Positions 27,338 to 37,589 of a stretch of 51,335 bases of DNA are shown here, in pieces; position 1 is the first letter of the stretch; every line of letters starts with the position of its first letter. Where the stretch lies: NCBI GenBank assembly GCA_965372835.1, contig CBDVDV010000004.1:1-51335 (forward strand), written 5' to 3'. Below the pieces are notes generated by a model. That model was not told the origin of the DNA and ran no database searches. It saw only the letters and a program-made list of their open reading frames with translations. This DNA is from an uncultured bacterium. Lineage in GTDB: Bacteria; Planctomycetota; DG-23; CBDVDV01. A program made the translations under genes and the position numbers.

Positions 27338-30123
27338 TCTTCTGCTTCCTCGCCAAGTTGGGGTTCCGAGGTCTTCAACGGCGGTCGGCAGACGGCAAGG
27401 ACGTGGTTGCCAAAGTACTTGCGGGCGACGCGCTGGAGGTCCTCAGCCGAAACCTTGCGGATGCGCGCAATGTAGCTGTCCGTGAAGTTGTAACCCAGAC
27501 CATAGAGTTCGTTCAAGGCGGCATCCAGGGCTTGCTCTCCGAGCGCCTGGCGGCCGAGTTCCTCGGCGGTGATGGCGGTTCGCCGGGCTCGTTCCAGTTC
27601 CTCCTCACCGACCACGGTCGTCTTGGCCCGTTCGACCTGCTGGAGGATGAGGTCGGTGACCTCGTCAATCCGTTCTGCGTTGCAGTCGGCAAACACAATG
27701 AACGAGCCGGTGTCCAGACCCACGTCGTCGTAGGCATGGACGCCGTAGACCAGCCCCTCGGACGCAGGGCCGCGCAGGGCCTCGTGCAGCCAGCCCCCAG
27801 GCAGACGGATGCCCGACATCACCGCGTCCAACACCAGCATGGGCACGCGGTCCTCCACGTCGGTGATCCGCATCCCCGGAAAGCCCACCACCACGTAGGC
27901 CTTCTGCTTCTCCGTCACCTTCTCGGCCCGCACCGATTCGGCGCGAGGTGGATTGGGCCGCGGCTCCGGAAGCGTGCCTAACGGCTCTTCCGGGGTCACT
28001 CTTCCGAGGGTGTCCCGGAGCCTCGCCGCCAGTTCCTCACCATCGACATCGCCGAAGACGGCCAGCACCATGCGCTCAGGACGCACGTACCCGCGGTAGC
28101 AGCGCAGCAGGTCGTCGCGGGTCAGACTGGCTACCACCTCCTCCCGACCGCCGGGGAAGAAGCGGCCAGGCGTGTCCGGGTACATGGTCTCGGCGAAGAA
28201 CAGGAGGGCTTCCTGCTCCCCCCGTTCGTTGCGTCGGCGGATGCGGTCGAGCAGCAACGGGCGCAGCCGTTCCATCTCCTCTTCCGGGAAGGTGGCCTGG
28301 GTGAGTACCTCGCTCACCAAAGCGAGAAAGTCATCAAGATCGGCGGAGATGCACTGTCCGGAGAGATAGACGGTGTTCCGGCCGGAGGCGGCGGAGAGGC
28401 CGGCACCACGCTCATCGAGGAAGCGGGCGATCTCCTGGGCCGACCGCTGCTCGGTGCCCCGGGTGAGCATGGCAGCAGTATAGACGAAGAGGCCGTTGGT
28501 CTCTTCGCTCTCGACCCGCAACCCTCCCAGAGCCGCCGCCTGCAAAGCCACCACGGGCAGCCGATGGTCTTCTTTGACCAGGAGCACCAGCCCGTTGGGC
28601 ATGGTCACTTTCTCGACGACGGCGTGGGAGACGGGTCCTTTGGCGGGACGCCGGGCAGCCGCGGCGCCCACTGACGCCGGTTTCGCCGGGCTCACCTCAG
28701 GGGCTCCAGCCGGCTTCTGTGTCGCCACCAAAGTGGTGACGCACAAGGCCTGTTCGCGAAAGTAGGTGCGCGCCACCCGCCGGACGTCCTCAGCAGTGAC
28801 CTGCTGGATGTTCTGGGCGTAGGTCAGGTCGAAGTTGGGATCGGCCGCGGCCAGGAACCCCGAGGCCAGACTCCCCGCCTCACTTTCCACCGTCTGACGG
28901 TTGTAGAAGTATTCGGCAATCTTTTGCCGTTTGGCTTTGGCCAGTTCCTCGGGGGTGACCAGTTCGTCGCGCAGGCTGGTCAGTTCGGCCCAGATGGCTT
29001 CCTCCACCTCAGCGCGTTTGCCCATCTCCAGGTCTGCCGAGACGGAGAAGAAGCCGGCGTCGAAGCCGGGAGTCAACGAGTAGGAGGTGATCCGACGCAC
29101 CAGCCGACGTTCCTCCCGCAGCCGCTGGACCAGCCGAGAACTTCGCCCGTGAGAGAGGATGTTCGAAAGCACGTCCAGGGGATAGAGGTCGGGGTGGGTC
29201 AGGGGCACGGTGCGGACGTCCATCCTGAGCAGGGCGATGCCGCCGGCGGCCAGCGCCGGGAACTCCTTGGTCGTGACCCGCCTGGCTACCTGCTCAGGCT
29301 CCTCCGGCAGGGCCAGAGGCTCGATGAAGCCGCGCTTGAGCCTGCCGAAGGTAACCGTGGCCTGCTGGAGGGCCTGGCGGCCATCGACGTCGCCGACGAT
29401 GATAAGCAGCATATTGTTGGGAACGTAGGTGCGATGGTAGTAGTCAATGACCTGCTCGCGGGTGAGGGCGTTGGTCAGTTCGGGATAGCCGATGACCGGC
29501 AGCCTGCTGGGGTGGACCTGGAAGAGGGTCTGGGTGGCGCTTTGCCAGAGTTCCCGATAGGGGTTGTCGCGGTTCCGCCGATACTCCTCGCTGATGACCT
29601 TGAGTTCGCGTGTGAAGGCGTCTTCACTGATCTGCGAGTTGCCCATCCAGTCGGCCAGCAGCTCCAGGGCCGTCGGCAGGTAGTCTCGGTGCGTACTGAT
29701 GTAGTACCGGGTGTTGTCCTTCCAGGTGGAGGCGTTGGATTGCCCCCCGATGGAGGCCAAAATGGTCGTCGTCTCCTTCTCGGAGCGGGTGGGCGTCTCG
29801 CCGCCGTGCACCAGGTGCTCCAGGACGTGCGAGATCCCCGCGCCGGCGTACTCCCGCTCGAACATGCTTCCGGTCTTGACGTACACCTGGACAGTGACCA
29901 CGGGAGCCGAATGCATCTCCCTGATGAGCACGGTGAGGCCGTTCTCCAGCACCACCGGCTCCACCCGCTCACCCTCGCCGAACCCAGCCAGGAGGCCGGA
30001 GAGGTCAGGCGCTCCGCTCATCGTCTCTCCCCACGTTCGCCCCGACATTGAAGTCACCAGGAGCGCCGCCAGCAGACAGAAGACCACTCGCCGCCTCGAC
30101 ACGTGCACCGGTCCACTTCCCAC
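27334..30123 (-). CDS. Tandem M16-family (pitrilysin/insulinase) zinc peptidase
   Basis: 929 aa with a signal peptide. HxxEH motif in GISHVLEHLVHGG, then a second inactive-like M16 unit. The stop overlaps the next gene's start (ATGA). Confidence 0.9.
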   Translation of the reverse strand: MGSGPVHVSRRRVVFCLLAALLVTSMSGRTWGETMSGAPDLSGLLAGFGEGERVEPVVLENGLTVLIREMHSAPVVTVQVYVKTGSMFEREYAGAGISHVLEHLVHGGETPTRSEKETTTILASIGGQSNASTWKDNTRYYISTHRDYLPTALELLADWMGNSQISEDAFTRELKVISEEYRRNRDNPYRELWQSATQTLFQVHPSRLPVIGYPELTNALTREQVIDYYHRTYVPNNMLLIIVGDVDGRQALQQATVTFGRLKRGFIEPLALPEEPEQVARRVTTKEFPALAAGGIALLRMDVRTVPLTHPDLYPLDVLSNILSHGRSSRLVQRLREERRLVRRITSYSLTPGFDAGFFSVSADLEMGKRAEVEEAIWAELTSLRDELVTPEELAKAKRQKIAEYFYNRQTVESEAGSLASGFLAAADPNFDLTYAQNIQQVTAEDVRRVARTYFREQALCVTTLVATQKPAGAPEVSPAKPASVGAAAARRPAKGPVSHAVVEKVTMPNGLVLLVKEDHRLPVVALQAAALGGLRVESEETNGLFVYTAAMLTRGTEQRSAQEIARFLDERGAGLSAASGRNTVYLSGQCISADLDDFLALVSEVLTQATFPEEEMERLRPLLLDRIRRRNERGEQEALLFFAETMYPDTPGRFFPGGREEVVASLTRDDLLRCYRGYVRPERMVLAVFGDVDGEELAARLRDTLGRVTPEEPLGTLPEPRPNPPRAESVRAEKVTEKQKAYVVVGFPGMRITDVEDRVPMLVLDAVMSGIRLPGGWLHEALRGPASEGLVYGVHAYDDVGLDTGSFIVFADCNAERIDEVTDLILQQVERAKTTVVGEEELERARRTAITAEELGRQALGEQALDAALNELYGLGYNFTDSYIARIRKVSAEDLQRVARKYFGNHVLAVCRPPLKTSEPQLGEEAEE

Positions 30124-30268
30124 CCAAGAGGTCTGCGCTGGAAACCGCTGCGCTTTGACGCCACATCAAACAGGTGTATTGTACGGCTCTCGCCGGTCGG
30201 GGACAACCTCAAAAGCGGACGGGGAGTCTCCTGAAATGCGGCGGCAAGGCCGACGGGAGAGTCGCGCG

Positions 30269-31453
30269 TCAGTCGGCCGGTCCCAGCAGGCGTTCGGTTA
30301 CTCGCAGCATGACGCCGGCGAAGCCCACCAACTCGTCAATCTCGATGTACTCGTTGGCGATGTGGGCCACGTCGGGATCGCCCGGAGCAAAGCCGACGGC
30401 CGGGATGCCCGCAGCAAGGAACTGCTTGGCCACCGTCGCCCCGGAGATGCCGGCCACCGATGGAGTCTTCCCCAGCACCTCGGCGGTTGCCTCCTGGATG
30501 GCCGTGACCAGGGGGCTTTCCCGCTCGACCTCGGTGGGACTCAGGTCGCTTCGGACCTCGACGGCGAGTCGGGCGCGCGGCTCCTCGGACTGCACCCGGG
30601 CAATAGCCTCGCGGATGGCCTCAACGATGTCCTCGCTCGGCTCGCCGGGCAGTCGGCGGAAGTCCACTTTGGCGATGCACTTGCCGGGGACGATGTTCGG
30701 TGCGGCCCCGCCCTGGATGACGCCCACGTTCATGGTGGGCGGGGAGAGCAGGTCATGGGTGACCTGGCTGCGGGGCATGTCCCGCAGGAGTTCGAGCAGC
30801 CGAAGCATGGGCCAGATGGCGCTGAAGCCCTTCTCTGGACGGGAGCCGTGTGCCTGAGTGCCCAGGGAGATAAGTTCGACAAAGAGGGCGCCCTTTTCCG
30901 CCACGACGACCTCGTCCATGTGGTTGGCCGCATCGGGAATGATGGCCATTTCGCCCTGGAGATGTCCGCGGTCAAGGAGGAACTCGACGCCGTGGGCGCT
31001 GCCGGCTTCCTCGTCGGCGACCGCAGCCAGGATGAGTTGCCCCTGGAGGTCGGTCTCGCGCCGCTTCAGTTCCCGCACCACCAAGAGCATCGCCGCCAGT
31101 GGCCCTTTGTCATCGGAGGTGCCCCGACCGTAGAGCCGGCCGTCCTTCTCCTGGGCGCTGAAGGGGTCCTGACCCCAGCCGCTGCCGGCGGGGACCACGT
31201 CGGTGTGGAAGGCCACGATCAGCCGGGGCTTGCCCTCCCCCACCCGCAGCAGCAGGTTGTCGCGACCGGGTTGGGAGGCGTAGCGTTCGCAGGTGAGTCC
31301 CCAGGGGGTGACGATGCGCTCGATAACGTCGCACACCAGCGACTCGTTACCAGGCGGATTCTCGGTGCGGGCGGCCACCAGTTGGCTGAGCCAGGCAACG
31401 AGTTCCTTGCGGTCGTCAGCGCTGGCAAAGAGGTCTGCGCCTGACATGGACAA
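30269..31453 (-). CDS. M20-family metallopeptidase (ArgE/DapE-like)
   Basis: IVAFHTDVVPAG..., GRGTSDDKGPLAAML..., ADEEAGS. Confidence 0.85.
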   Translation of the reverse strand: MSMSGADLFASADDRKELVAWLSQLVAARTENPPGNESLVCDVIERIVTPWGLTCERYASQPGRDNLLLRVGEGKPRLIVAFHTDVVPAGSGWGQDPFSAQEKDGRLYGRGTSDDKGPLAAMLLVVRELKRRETDLQGQLILAAVADEEAGSAHGVEFLLDRGHLQGEMAIIPDAANHMDEVVVAEKGALFVELISLGTQAHGSRPEKGFSAIWPMLRLLELLRDMPRSQVTHDLLSPPTMNVGVIQGGAAPNIVPGKCIAKVDFRRLPGEPSEDIVEAIREAIARVQSEEPRARLAVEVRSDLSPTEVERESPLVTAIQEATAEVLGKTPSVAGISGATVAKQFLAAGIPAVGFAPGDPDVAHIANEYIEIDELVGFAGVMLRVTERLLGPAD

Positions 31454-31485
31454 GAAGCCTTTCGGAGAAGCCTCCTCCGCCTGGG

Positions 31486-32010
31486 CTATCCCCCGTCGGG
31501 AGGGTCCGGCGAACCGGAGACATCGGGATGGCCGCGCTCGAGCAGGCGAAGATAGGCAATCGTTCGGAAGGCTTTGTTCTTGATGTGGCGGACCTCTAAG
31601 AGTTTCTCCACCCGGAAGCGAACCTCCTCCGGGGACGAGAGTTTGACCAGGTAGTCGTCCGCCTCCACCTCCACACCGCGCTCAATCTGTTCCAGTTGAT
31701 CCAGCACGGTGAACATGAGCACCGGGATGCCTGCCGTCTTGGGGTTTTGCTGCAGACTTCGACACACCTCGTAGCCCTTGGGTCGGCTGAGGTCCTTCCC
31801 GTTTTCGAGCATCAGGTCCAGGATCACCAGGTCGGGAGGCTCCGTCTCCAGCATCTCTATGGCCTCAGCCTGCCTTTCGGCGACCCGGAGTCGGTACCCT
31901 TCGGACTCGAGGTAGCCGCGAAGGACGTCAACGTGCACCGGGTCGTCTTCGACGATGAGGATGGTGATTTTACTCTTGTCCCCAACGGGACGTGAGCCCT
32001 CTTCAGTCAT
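31486..32010 (-). CDS. Stand-alone response regulator (receiver domain)
   Basis: ILIVEDDPVH..., phospho-acceptor context PDLVILDLMLE, ...PVLMFT..., DDYLVKL. Confidence 0.85.
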   Translation of the reverse strand: MTEEGSRPVGDKSKITILIVEDDPVHVDVLRGYLESEGYRLRVAERQAEAIEMLETEPPDLVILDLMLENGKDLSRPKGYEVCRSLQQNPKTAGIPVLMFTVLDQLEQIERGVEVEADDYLVKLSSPEEVRFRVEKLLEVRHIKNKAFRTIAYLRLLERGHPDVSGSPDPPDGG

Positions 32011-32075
32011 GGCACAGCCCTCGCTGTCTGTTCACCCTTGGGCCAGCGGCAACGTCCGCCCCGACTCTGCCAGGG

Positions 32076-32103
32076 ATTGTATCAGCGGCTGGGCCGCTGT
32101 CAA
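32076..32103 (-). promoter_or_regulatory. Consensus-like sigma70 promoter for the response regulator (TTGACA-16-TACAAT on minus strand) with an inverted repeat in the spacer
   Basis: The reverse complement reads TTGACA (32103..32098), a 16-nt spacer, then TACAAT (32081..32076). The spacer contains CAGCGGC-TGG-GCCGCTG (7-bp arms). Confidence 0.5.
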
Positions 32104-32305
32104 AAGTATTCTGGGTATCGAGTGCCGGCCTCCGACCCACAGGCTCCAGCCCGGCGGTCGGAATGGCCGCCTGGGAAAGAGTGCCAAACGTTGGCGTTCG
32201 GTTAGGCGCGAAAGCCCGAAAAAGCCTTGACAGGCGGCTGGGCTTTCTGGTAGCAGTATTATGGCATATCGGCGAAGGGAAACCGAGGTTACCTGAGGTT
32301 GAGGC

Positions 32306-32920
32306 ATGGAGATCCGTGGCTCGACGGGTTCACAGGACCTTCCCGCCATCTTTCACATGCTGGCCCAGTTGCTGGCCATGACTTCCAAGGAAGGTCTGCT
32401 CACCGTCTGGGACGAGCGGCAGAAGAAGAGCGTCTACTTTTCCCGTCGGGGTGTGACCCTGCTCTTTGCCCAGTCCGACAAGTCCACGCCACCGGCGGGG
32501 AGCACCCTGGTCAAGAAGGGCAAGATCACTACGGACGACCTGGACAAAGCCCTCAAGAAACAGACGGCCGGCGGGGGTCAGAAACGTCTGGGGGAGATCC
32601 TCCGCGAGATGAACCTGGTCAGTGAGGACGAAATCTACGATCTGGTCCACGAGCAGATTCAGGAAGAGATCCTCGACATGCTCTCCTGGGAAAAGGCCCA
32701 GTTCGAGTTCCGGGAGTCAGAACCCCCAGAGGAACTCCACGACCAGACTCGCTCCTACACGACCCTCACCCTGAACCCCACCGAGCTCCTGCTGGAAGCA
32801 GCGAAGCGCCTGGACGAGTGGTTCGCGCGTTCAGCTGAGAACGGACCCGCCCATTCCGACGGATCCGCAGAACAGGAAGCAAATCAGGCGCACCACGCCG
32901 CGAGCAGCGAGTCGGCCTGA
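32306..32920 (+). CDS. DUF4388 (PATAN-like) domain protein with GspE-N-like segment
   Basis: GSTGSQDLPAIFHMLAQLLAMTSKEGLLTV... (DUF4388 pattern), then KGKITTDDLDKALKKQ...KRLGEILREMNLVSEDEI. Confidence 0.75.
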   Translation: MEIRGSTGSQDLPAIFHMLAQLLAMTSKEGLLTVWDERQKKSVYFSRRGVTLLFAQSDKSTPPAGSTLVKKGKITTDDLDKALKKQTAGGGQKRLGEILREMNLVSEDEIYDLVHEQIQEEILDMLSWEKAQFEFRESEPPEELHDQTRSYTTLTLNPTELLLEAAKRLDEWFARSAENGPAHSDGSAEQEANQAHHAASSESA

Positions 32921-32931
32921 GTCGGCCCCCC

Positions 32932-34251
32932 TCACCCGGCCGTACGGCGGGCTTCGGCCATCGCCAGGGTGCGTTGGGCCAGGTCGCTGATGGAGTTGTC
33001 CGTCATCCCCACAACGTAACTGAGCAAGCGGTCGTTGAGCGGGCGGGTCCAGCGGGCCGGGAGCGCGACCGCGCCCAGCCAGGCTCCCATTACCGACCCG
33101 GCGGTAGCGCCGTTGCAGTCCGTGTCCAGCCCACCCATCACCGCCATCCCGACCGCCCGGCCGAAATCGCCACCACTGTGGAGCAGTCCCATCACCACCA
33201 GACAGGCGTTGTTGATGGTGTGGACGCCGTGATAGTGGCCGTAGGCGGCCAGTATTCTGTCGCAGGTCACCTCCCAGTCATCGTTTTCCCTGCACCATTC
33301 CACCGTCTGGCTCACGGCCTCGTGGAGTCGGCTCGTCCTGGGGATTTCAGCCAGGCCGATGCGAACCACCTGCTCCAGGTCCTCGGCCACGAAGGCCCCG
33401 GCCAGCATCGCCGCCACGAACATCTCGCCGTAGATACCGTTGGCCACATGGCTGAGTCCAGCGTCGCGGAACGCCAGTTCCGCCGCCCTGGCGGGACGGC
33501 CCGGCGAGACGTAACCCCAGGCGTCGGCCCGGATCTGGGCGCCGATCCACTCCCGGTAGGGGTTGTCATACGTCGCCGAGTCCGGTGGCCGGATGTCGTT
33601 GACCAGGTTCCGGTAGGCGACCCGCTCGGCTGTGTAGACCAGGTGGTAGGGGAAATGAAGCAGCCACTCGCGGGCGACGTTGTGAGTGGTGAACCTGGTG
33701 CCGTAGGTCTCCAGGATGTGGAGCCCCAGGACGGTGTAATCGGTGTCGTCGTCCCGGGCTGCCAACTTGATGCCCCCACGCAGGAACCGTTCGGGCGCGC
33801 GGAAGAAATCGAACCTACCCTTAGGCACGGGGAAGTAGCCGTCGAGCGGGTAGGCCCCGGCCGATTCGAGGAGTTGTCGGATCTGCTCGCGTCGGCGCCC
33901 TTCCACGGGCTTGCCCACCATGCAGCCCGCACACCGTCCCAGCCAGGCTCCCAGGATGCGGTCCTGGAGTCGGCGCCGACTCAACCTCACTTCGTAGGTC
34001 CGCCGGGCCCGCGGACGAAGCCGACGGATGGCCCCCAACTCGGAAGGCTCTTCGTACGGGAAGTTCTTTGGCCGGCCCAGAGCCTTGACATCTTCATACA
34101 GCCTGGCCAGGGCGCGGGGATTCGGCTTGGCCTTGGGGTCAGCCAAACGAGCCAACCGCCGCCGGTACCTCCCGACCTTGTGCCCGACGCTCAGCGCCTG
34201 CCCGATCTCTAAGTTCACCAGATTCGCCAACGTTGAGAAGGCATAGGCCAT
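32932..34251 (-). CDS. ADP-ribosylglycohydrolase family protein
   Basis: ILGAWLGRCAGCMVGKPVEG..., ...GGLDTDCNGATAGSVMGAWLG. About 100-aa N-terminal extension. AAGGAGG SD. Confidence 0.85.
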   Translation of the reverse strand: MAYAFSTLANLVNLEIGQALSVGHKVGRYRRRLARLADPKAKPNPRALARLYEDVKALGRPKNFPYEEPSELGAIRRLRPRARRTYEVRLSRRRLQDRILGAWLGRCAGCMVGKPVEGRRREQIRQLLESAGAYPLDGYFPVPKGRFDFFRAPERFLRGGIKLAARDDDTDYTVLGLHILETYGTRFTTHNVAREWLLHFPYHLVYTAERVAYRNLVNDIRPPDSATYDNPYREWIGAQIRADAWGYVSPGRPARAAELAFRDAGLSHVANGIYGEMFVAAMLAGAFVAEDLEQVVRIGLAEIPRTSRLHEAVSQTVEWCRENDDWEVTCDRILAAYGHYHGVHTINNACLVVMGLLHSGGDFGRAVGMAVMGGLDTDCNGATAGSVMGAWLGAVALPARWTRPLNDRLLSYVVGMTDNSISDLAQRTLAMAEARRTAG

Positions 34252-34378
34252 TACTCGTCCTCCTTGATGGCGGTCACCGAATCCGTCTCCCCGACCTGGT
34301 GTCGAAGGTCACACGTTAAGGCAACGAAGGCCCGCGTCAAGAGTGAATCTTGTTACACCGATTACTCTATCCCGGAAG

Positions 34379-35614
34379 TTACCCCAAACGCAATCGGCAC
34401 ACCGCTTCAGCCAGGACTTCCGCGGCGGTCACAACTTCGGCCACCTCAATGGACTCCTCAAGTGCATGGGCGACCCGGTCGTCACCGGGGCCGAAGACGA
34501 CCGGTACGATGCCCTTGGTGGAGAGGAAACTGGCGTCGGACCCGTAAGGACGCCCTGCCAGCCGAGCCTCAATCCCCAGACTCCGAGCGCCCTCCTGAAG
34601 CGCCTCGACCAGCGGGTCCTCAGGATCGGTGGAGAAGCCCCTGCTGGTGTGATAGGGCTTGAGGAACTCGAGATGCTCGACGACTTCGGCGGGGAGAGAG
34701 GAGCGGATGAGGTCATTCGCCGTGGTGACGATGTCGGTCGGCTTCTCCCCCGGGTGGGTGCGCACGTAGAGTTCGATTTCGCACAGGTCGGGGACGGTGT
34801 TGGCGTTGCCGCCGCCATGGATGGAGCCGATGTTGGCGGGGGGCGTACCGCAGAGCGGGTGCCGACGCCGGAGCAGCCAGGGGTCCACCTCCTGGCGAAC
34901 CGCCTGCACCACCTCGGCCATCAGCCTGATGGCGTTGAGCCCATCCTGGGCTCGGGAACTGTGTACGGCCCGGCCGTGGGTGCGGATGCGCCAACGGGCG
35001 CCGCCATTATTGGCGATCACCACTTCTAAACTCGTGGGCTCCAGCACCACCACCCGCGAAATCTGCGGACCAAGCCGCACCAGTTTGCGCACACCGCGAC
35101 CGCGATACTCTTCGTCGCAGACCGCGCCGAGGAGCACGGTCACGGGAGGCGGCTCGGCTCTCTCCGAAAGTATCTCCAAGGCCAGGAGGCCCGCCACCAG
35201 CGGCCCCTTGGCATCGGCCGAGCCCCGACCGTGGAGCCGACCGTCGCGGAACTCACCGGAGAAGGGGTCCCCTTCAAAGCCCACCACCCCCACGGTGTCG
35301 GTGTGTCCCACCAAGGCCAGCACTTTGCAGGACGTGCCCTGGAGCCGGGCCACCAGGTTGGGGCGAAAGGCGAGCACCTCGTAACGGTCGTAGGGGAGTC
35401 CGAGGCTGCGAACGTGCTGCTCCAAGTAGTCCACTACTCGCTTCTCGCCGGCGAGTTCGCCCGTACGGGCCTCCGCGGGTTGCTCATCCAGGGGGTTGAC
35501 GCTCGGTATGGCCACCAGTTCGCGCAGGAGGGTCACTGCCCGATCGTACAGTGGGGTTTCCGACCTCTGCGATTGACGAGACTCCATTGCCGCAGCCCCT
35601 GACAGGCGATGCAC
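34379..35614 (-). CDS. M20-family metallopeptidase (ArgE/acetylornithine deacetylase-like)
   Basis: LVGHTDTVGV..., GRGSADAKGPLVAGL..., CDEEYRG. The start could instead be the internal ATG at 35587. Confidence 0.85.
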   Translation of the reverse strand: MHRLSGAAAMESRQSQRSETPLYDRAVTLLRELVAIPSVNPLDEQPAEARTGELAGEKRVVDYLEQHVRSLGLPYDRYEVLAFRPNLVARLQGTSCKVLALVGHTDTVGVVGFEGDPFSGEFRDGRLHGRGSADAKGPLVAGLLALEILSERAEPPPVTVLLGAVCDEEYRGRGVRKLVRLGPQISRVVVLEPTSLEVVIANNGGARWRIRTHGRAVHSSRAQDGLNAIRLMAEVVQAVRQEVDPWLLRRRHPLCGTPPANIGSIHGGGNANTVPDLCEIELYVRTHPGEKPTDIVTTANDLIRSSLPAEVVEHLEFLKPYHTSRGFSTDPEDPLVEALQEGARSLGIEARLAGRPYGSDASFLSTKGIVPVVFGPGDDRVAHALEESIEVAEVVTAAEVLAEAVCRLRLG

Positions 35615-35758
35615 TCGCCCTTCTTCTCATCTCCAGAGTGTGCCCGGACGGGGGCGACAGGACAAGGGAAAAGCCAACGACGCCGCCCCTCAGCGTACGC
35701 CTCCCCTCGGCGCTGCGGTGCACAAAAAAGGGGGCGGTCCTTCCTTTCGCGCCCACTC

Positions 35759-35788
35759 TTGCCTATCGCCAGAGGCGAGCGGTATACT
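35759..35788 (+). promoter_or_regulatory. Sigma70-like promoter for polX (TTGCCT-18-TATACT)
   Basis: TTGCCT 35759-35764, an 18-nt spacer containing TCGCC-AGA-GGCGA, TATACT 35783-35788, about 60 nt upstream of ATG 35847. Confidence 0.4.
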
Positions 35789-35846
35789 GACCCGTACGGG
35801 GGCCGTCCGCGGCTCAGGTCGTTCGACTCGTATGAGAGGGCGAAGG

Positions 35847-37589
35847 ATGGATAACCAGGAACTGGCTCGGATCTTTACCGACATCGCCGACCTCTTAGCG
35901 ATCAAGGGTGAGAACCGGTTCCGCATCCTCTCCTACCGACGGGCCGCTGAGACCATCGCAAGTCTGCCCGAGCAACTGGCCGACACCGTGGTCCAGGGCC
36001 GCGACCCTTCCGAGTTCCCGGGCATCGGCGATGCCATCAGCAAGAAGATTATCGAAGCGCTCCAGACCGGCACCGTCACCTTCGTGGAGAAACTCAAGAA
36101 GGAACTGCCCGAGAGCCTGCTGGAACTGCTCCGGGTGCGCGGGGTGGGACCCAAGGCCGTCAAGGCTGTCTATGAACAGTTGAGGGTCACGAACCTGGAC
36201 CAACTCCAGGCCGCAGCTGAAGCCGACAAGTTGAGCGGGCTTCCGGGTTTCGGCAAGCGCTCACAGGAGAAGATCCTGGAAGGCATTAGCGACCTGCGGG
36301 GGGCCATGGGCCGGTTCAGGCTGGACGAGGCGCTGGCCGCGGCCGAGAAACTCACCGCCTATCTCAGCCAGGTCAAAGGCATCCACGAAATGGTGCCCGC
36401 GGGGAGCCTCAGGCGCTGGCGGGAGACGGTGGGCGACCTGGACATCCTGGTCACGGGAGGCGACCCCGAAGCGGTGATGGACCACTTCGTCGCCTACCCG
36501 GGAGTGCGCGAGGTGGTGGGGAAGGGCGAAACCAAGAGTTCGGTCATCCTCGCTTCAGGGATGCAGGTGGACGTGCGGGTGGTGCCCAAGGAGTCGTTCG
36601 GCTCGGCCCTCTGCTACTTCACCGGCGCCAAGGACCACAACGTGGCGCTGCGGGAGATGGCAAAGAAGAGGGGCCTCAGGCTCAGCGAGTACGGCCTCTT
36701 CCGCGACCAGACCATGGTCGCCGGGCGGACCGAGCAAGAGGTCCACAAGGCGCTGGGGCTGGCCTACATTCCGCCTGAACTGCGGGAGAACCGGGGTGAG
36801 GTCGAAGCCGCCCGCGCCGCCGACCTCCCCCACCTGGTGGAGCCGGGGGACGTGCGCTCTGACTTTCACGTTCACACCTCCTGGAGTGACGGCTCGGCGT
36901 CGGTGGAGGAGATGGCCCGGGCGGCCAAAGCGCTCGGCTATCGCGCTCTGGCCATTGCCGACCACAGCAAGGCCCTTCGCATTGCGGGTGGGCTGGATGA
37001 GGAGCGCCTGCGGGAGCAGATGGCCGAGATCAAAGCGGTCCGTCGAAAGGTGAAAGGCATCGCCATCCTGACGGGCGTAGAGGTGGACATCCTGGGCGAT
37101 GGCTCACTGGACCTGCCGGCAGAGTTGCTCCGGGAACTCGACATTGTCGTCGGCGCCGTCCACAGCCGGTTCGAAATGAGCCGGGAGGAGATGGCCACAC
37201 GCATCGTCCGGGCCCTCTCCTCCGGGCTCATCCACGTCCTGGCTCACCCGACCGGCCGACTCATCGGCAGACGACCGCCATACAAAGTGAACCTGGAAGC
37301 AGTCTTTGCCGCCGCGGGCAAGCACCAGGTGGCTATGGAACTCAATGCTCACCCCGAGCGACTGGACCTGGCTGACATCTATCTGAAACGGGCCAAGGAG
37401 CTGGGCCTCAAGGTTGCCCTGGGCACCGATGCCCACAGTCCCGACGACCTGAAACTCATGAGGTTCGGGGTATTCACCGCCCGGCGCGGCTGGCTCGAGA
37501 AGGACGACGTCCTCAACACGATGACGCCGACCGCCCTCAGACGCTGGCTCCGACGTCGATCGCCACGGAGGAGGGGCCAGAAGGGATGA
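35847..37589 (+). CDS. polX: DNA polymerase X family protein with C-terminal PHP domain
   Basis: MDNQELARIFTDIADLLAIKGENRFRILSYRRAAETI (HhH), GSLRRWRETVGDLDILV (catalytic Asp region), PHP motifs DFHVHTSWSDG and ...LGTDAHS. I use ATG 35847; the track start is 35640. Confidence 0.9.
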   Translation: MDNQELARIFTDIADLLAIKGENRFRILSYRRAAETIASLPEQLADTVVQGRDPSEFPGIGDAISKKIIEALQTGTVTFVEKLKKELPESLLELLRVRGVGPKAVKAVYEQLRVTNLDQLQAAAEADKLSGLPGFGKRSQEKILEGISDLRGAMGRFRLDEALAAAEKLTAYLSQVKGIHEMVPAGSLRRWRETVGDLDILVTGGDPEAVMDHFVAYPGVREVVGKGETKSSVILASGMQVDVRVVPKESFGSALCYFTGAKDHNVALREMAKKRGLRLSEYGLFRDQTMVAGRTEQEVHKALGLAYIPPELRENRGEVEAARAADLPHLVEPGDVRSDFHVHTSWSDGSASVEEMARAAKALGYRALAIADHSKALRIAGGLDEERLREQMAEIKAVRRKVKGIAILTGVEVDILGDGSLDLPAELLRELDIVVGAVHSRFEMSREEMATRIVRALSSGLIHVLAHPTGRLIGRRPPYKVNLEAVFAAAGKHQVAMELNAHPERLDLADIYLKRAKELGLKVALGTDAHSPDDLKLMRFGVFTARRGWLEKDDVLNTMTPTALRRWLRRRSPRRRGQKG

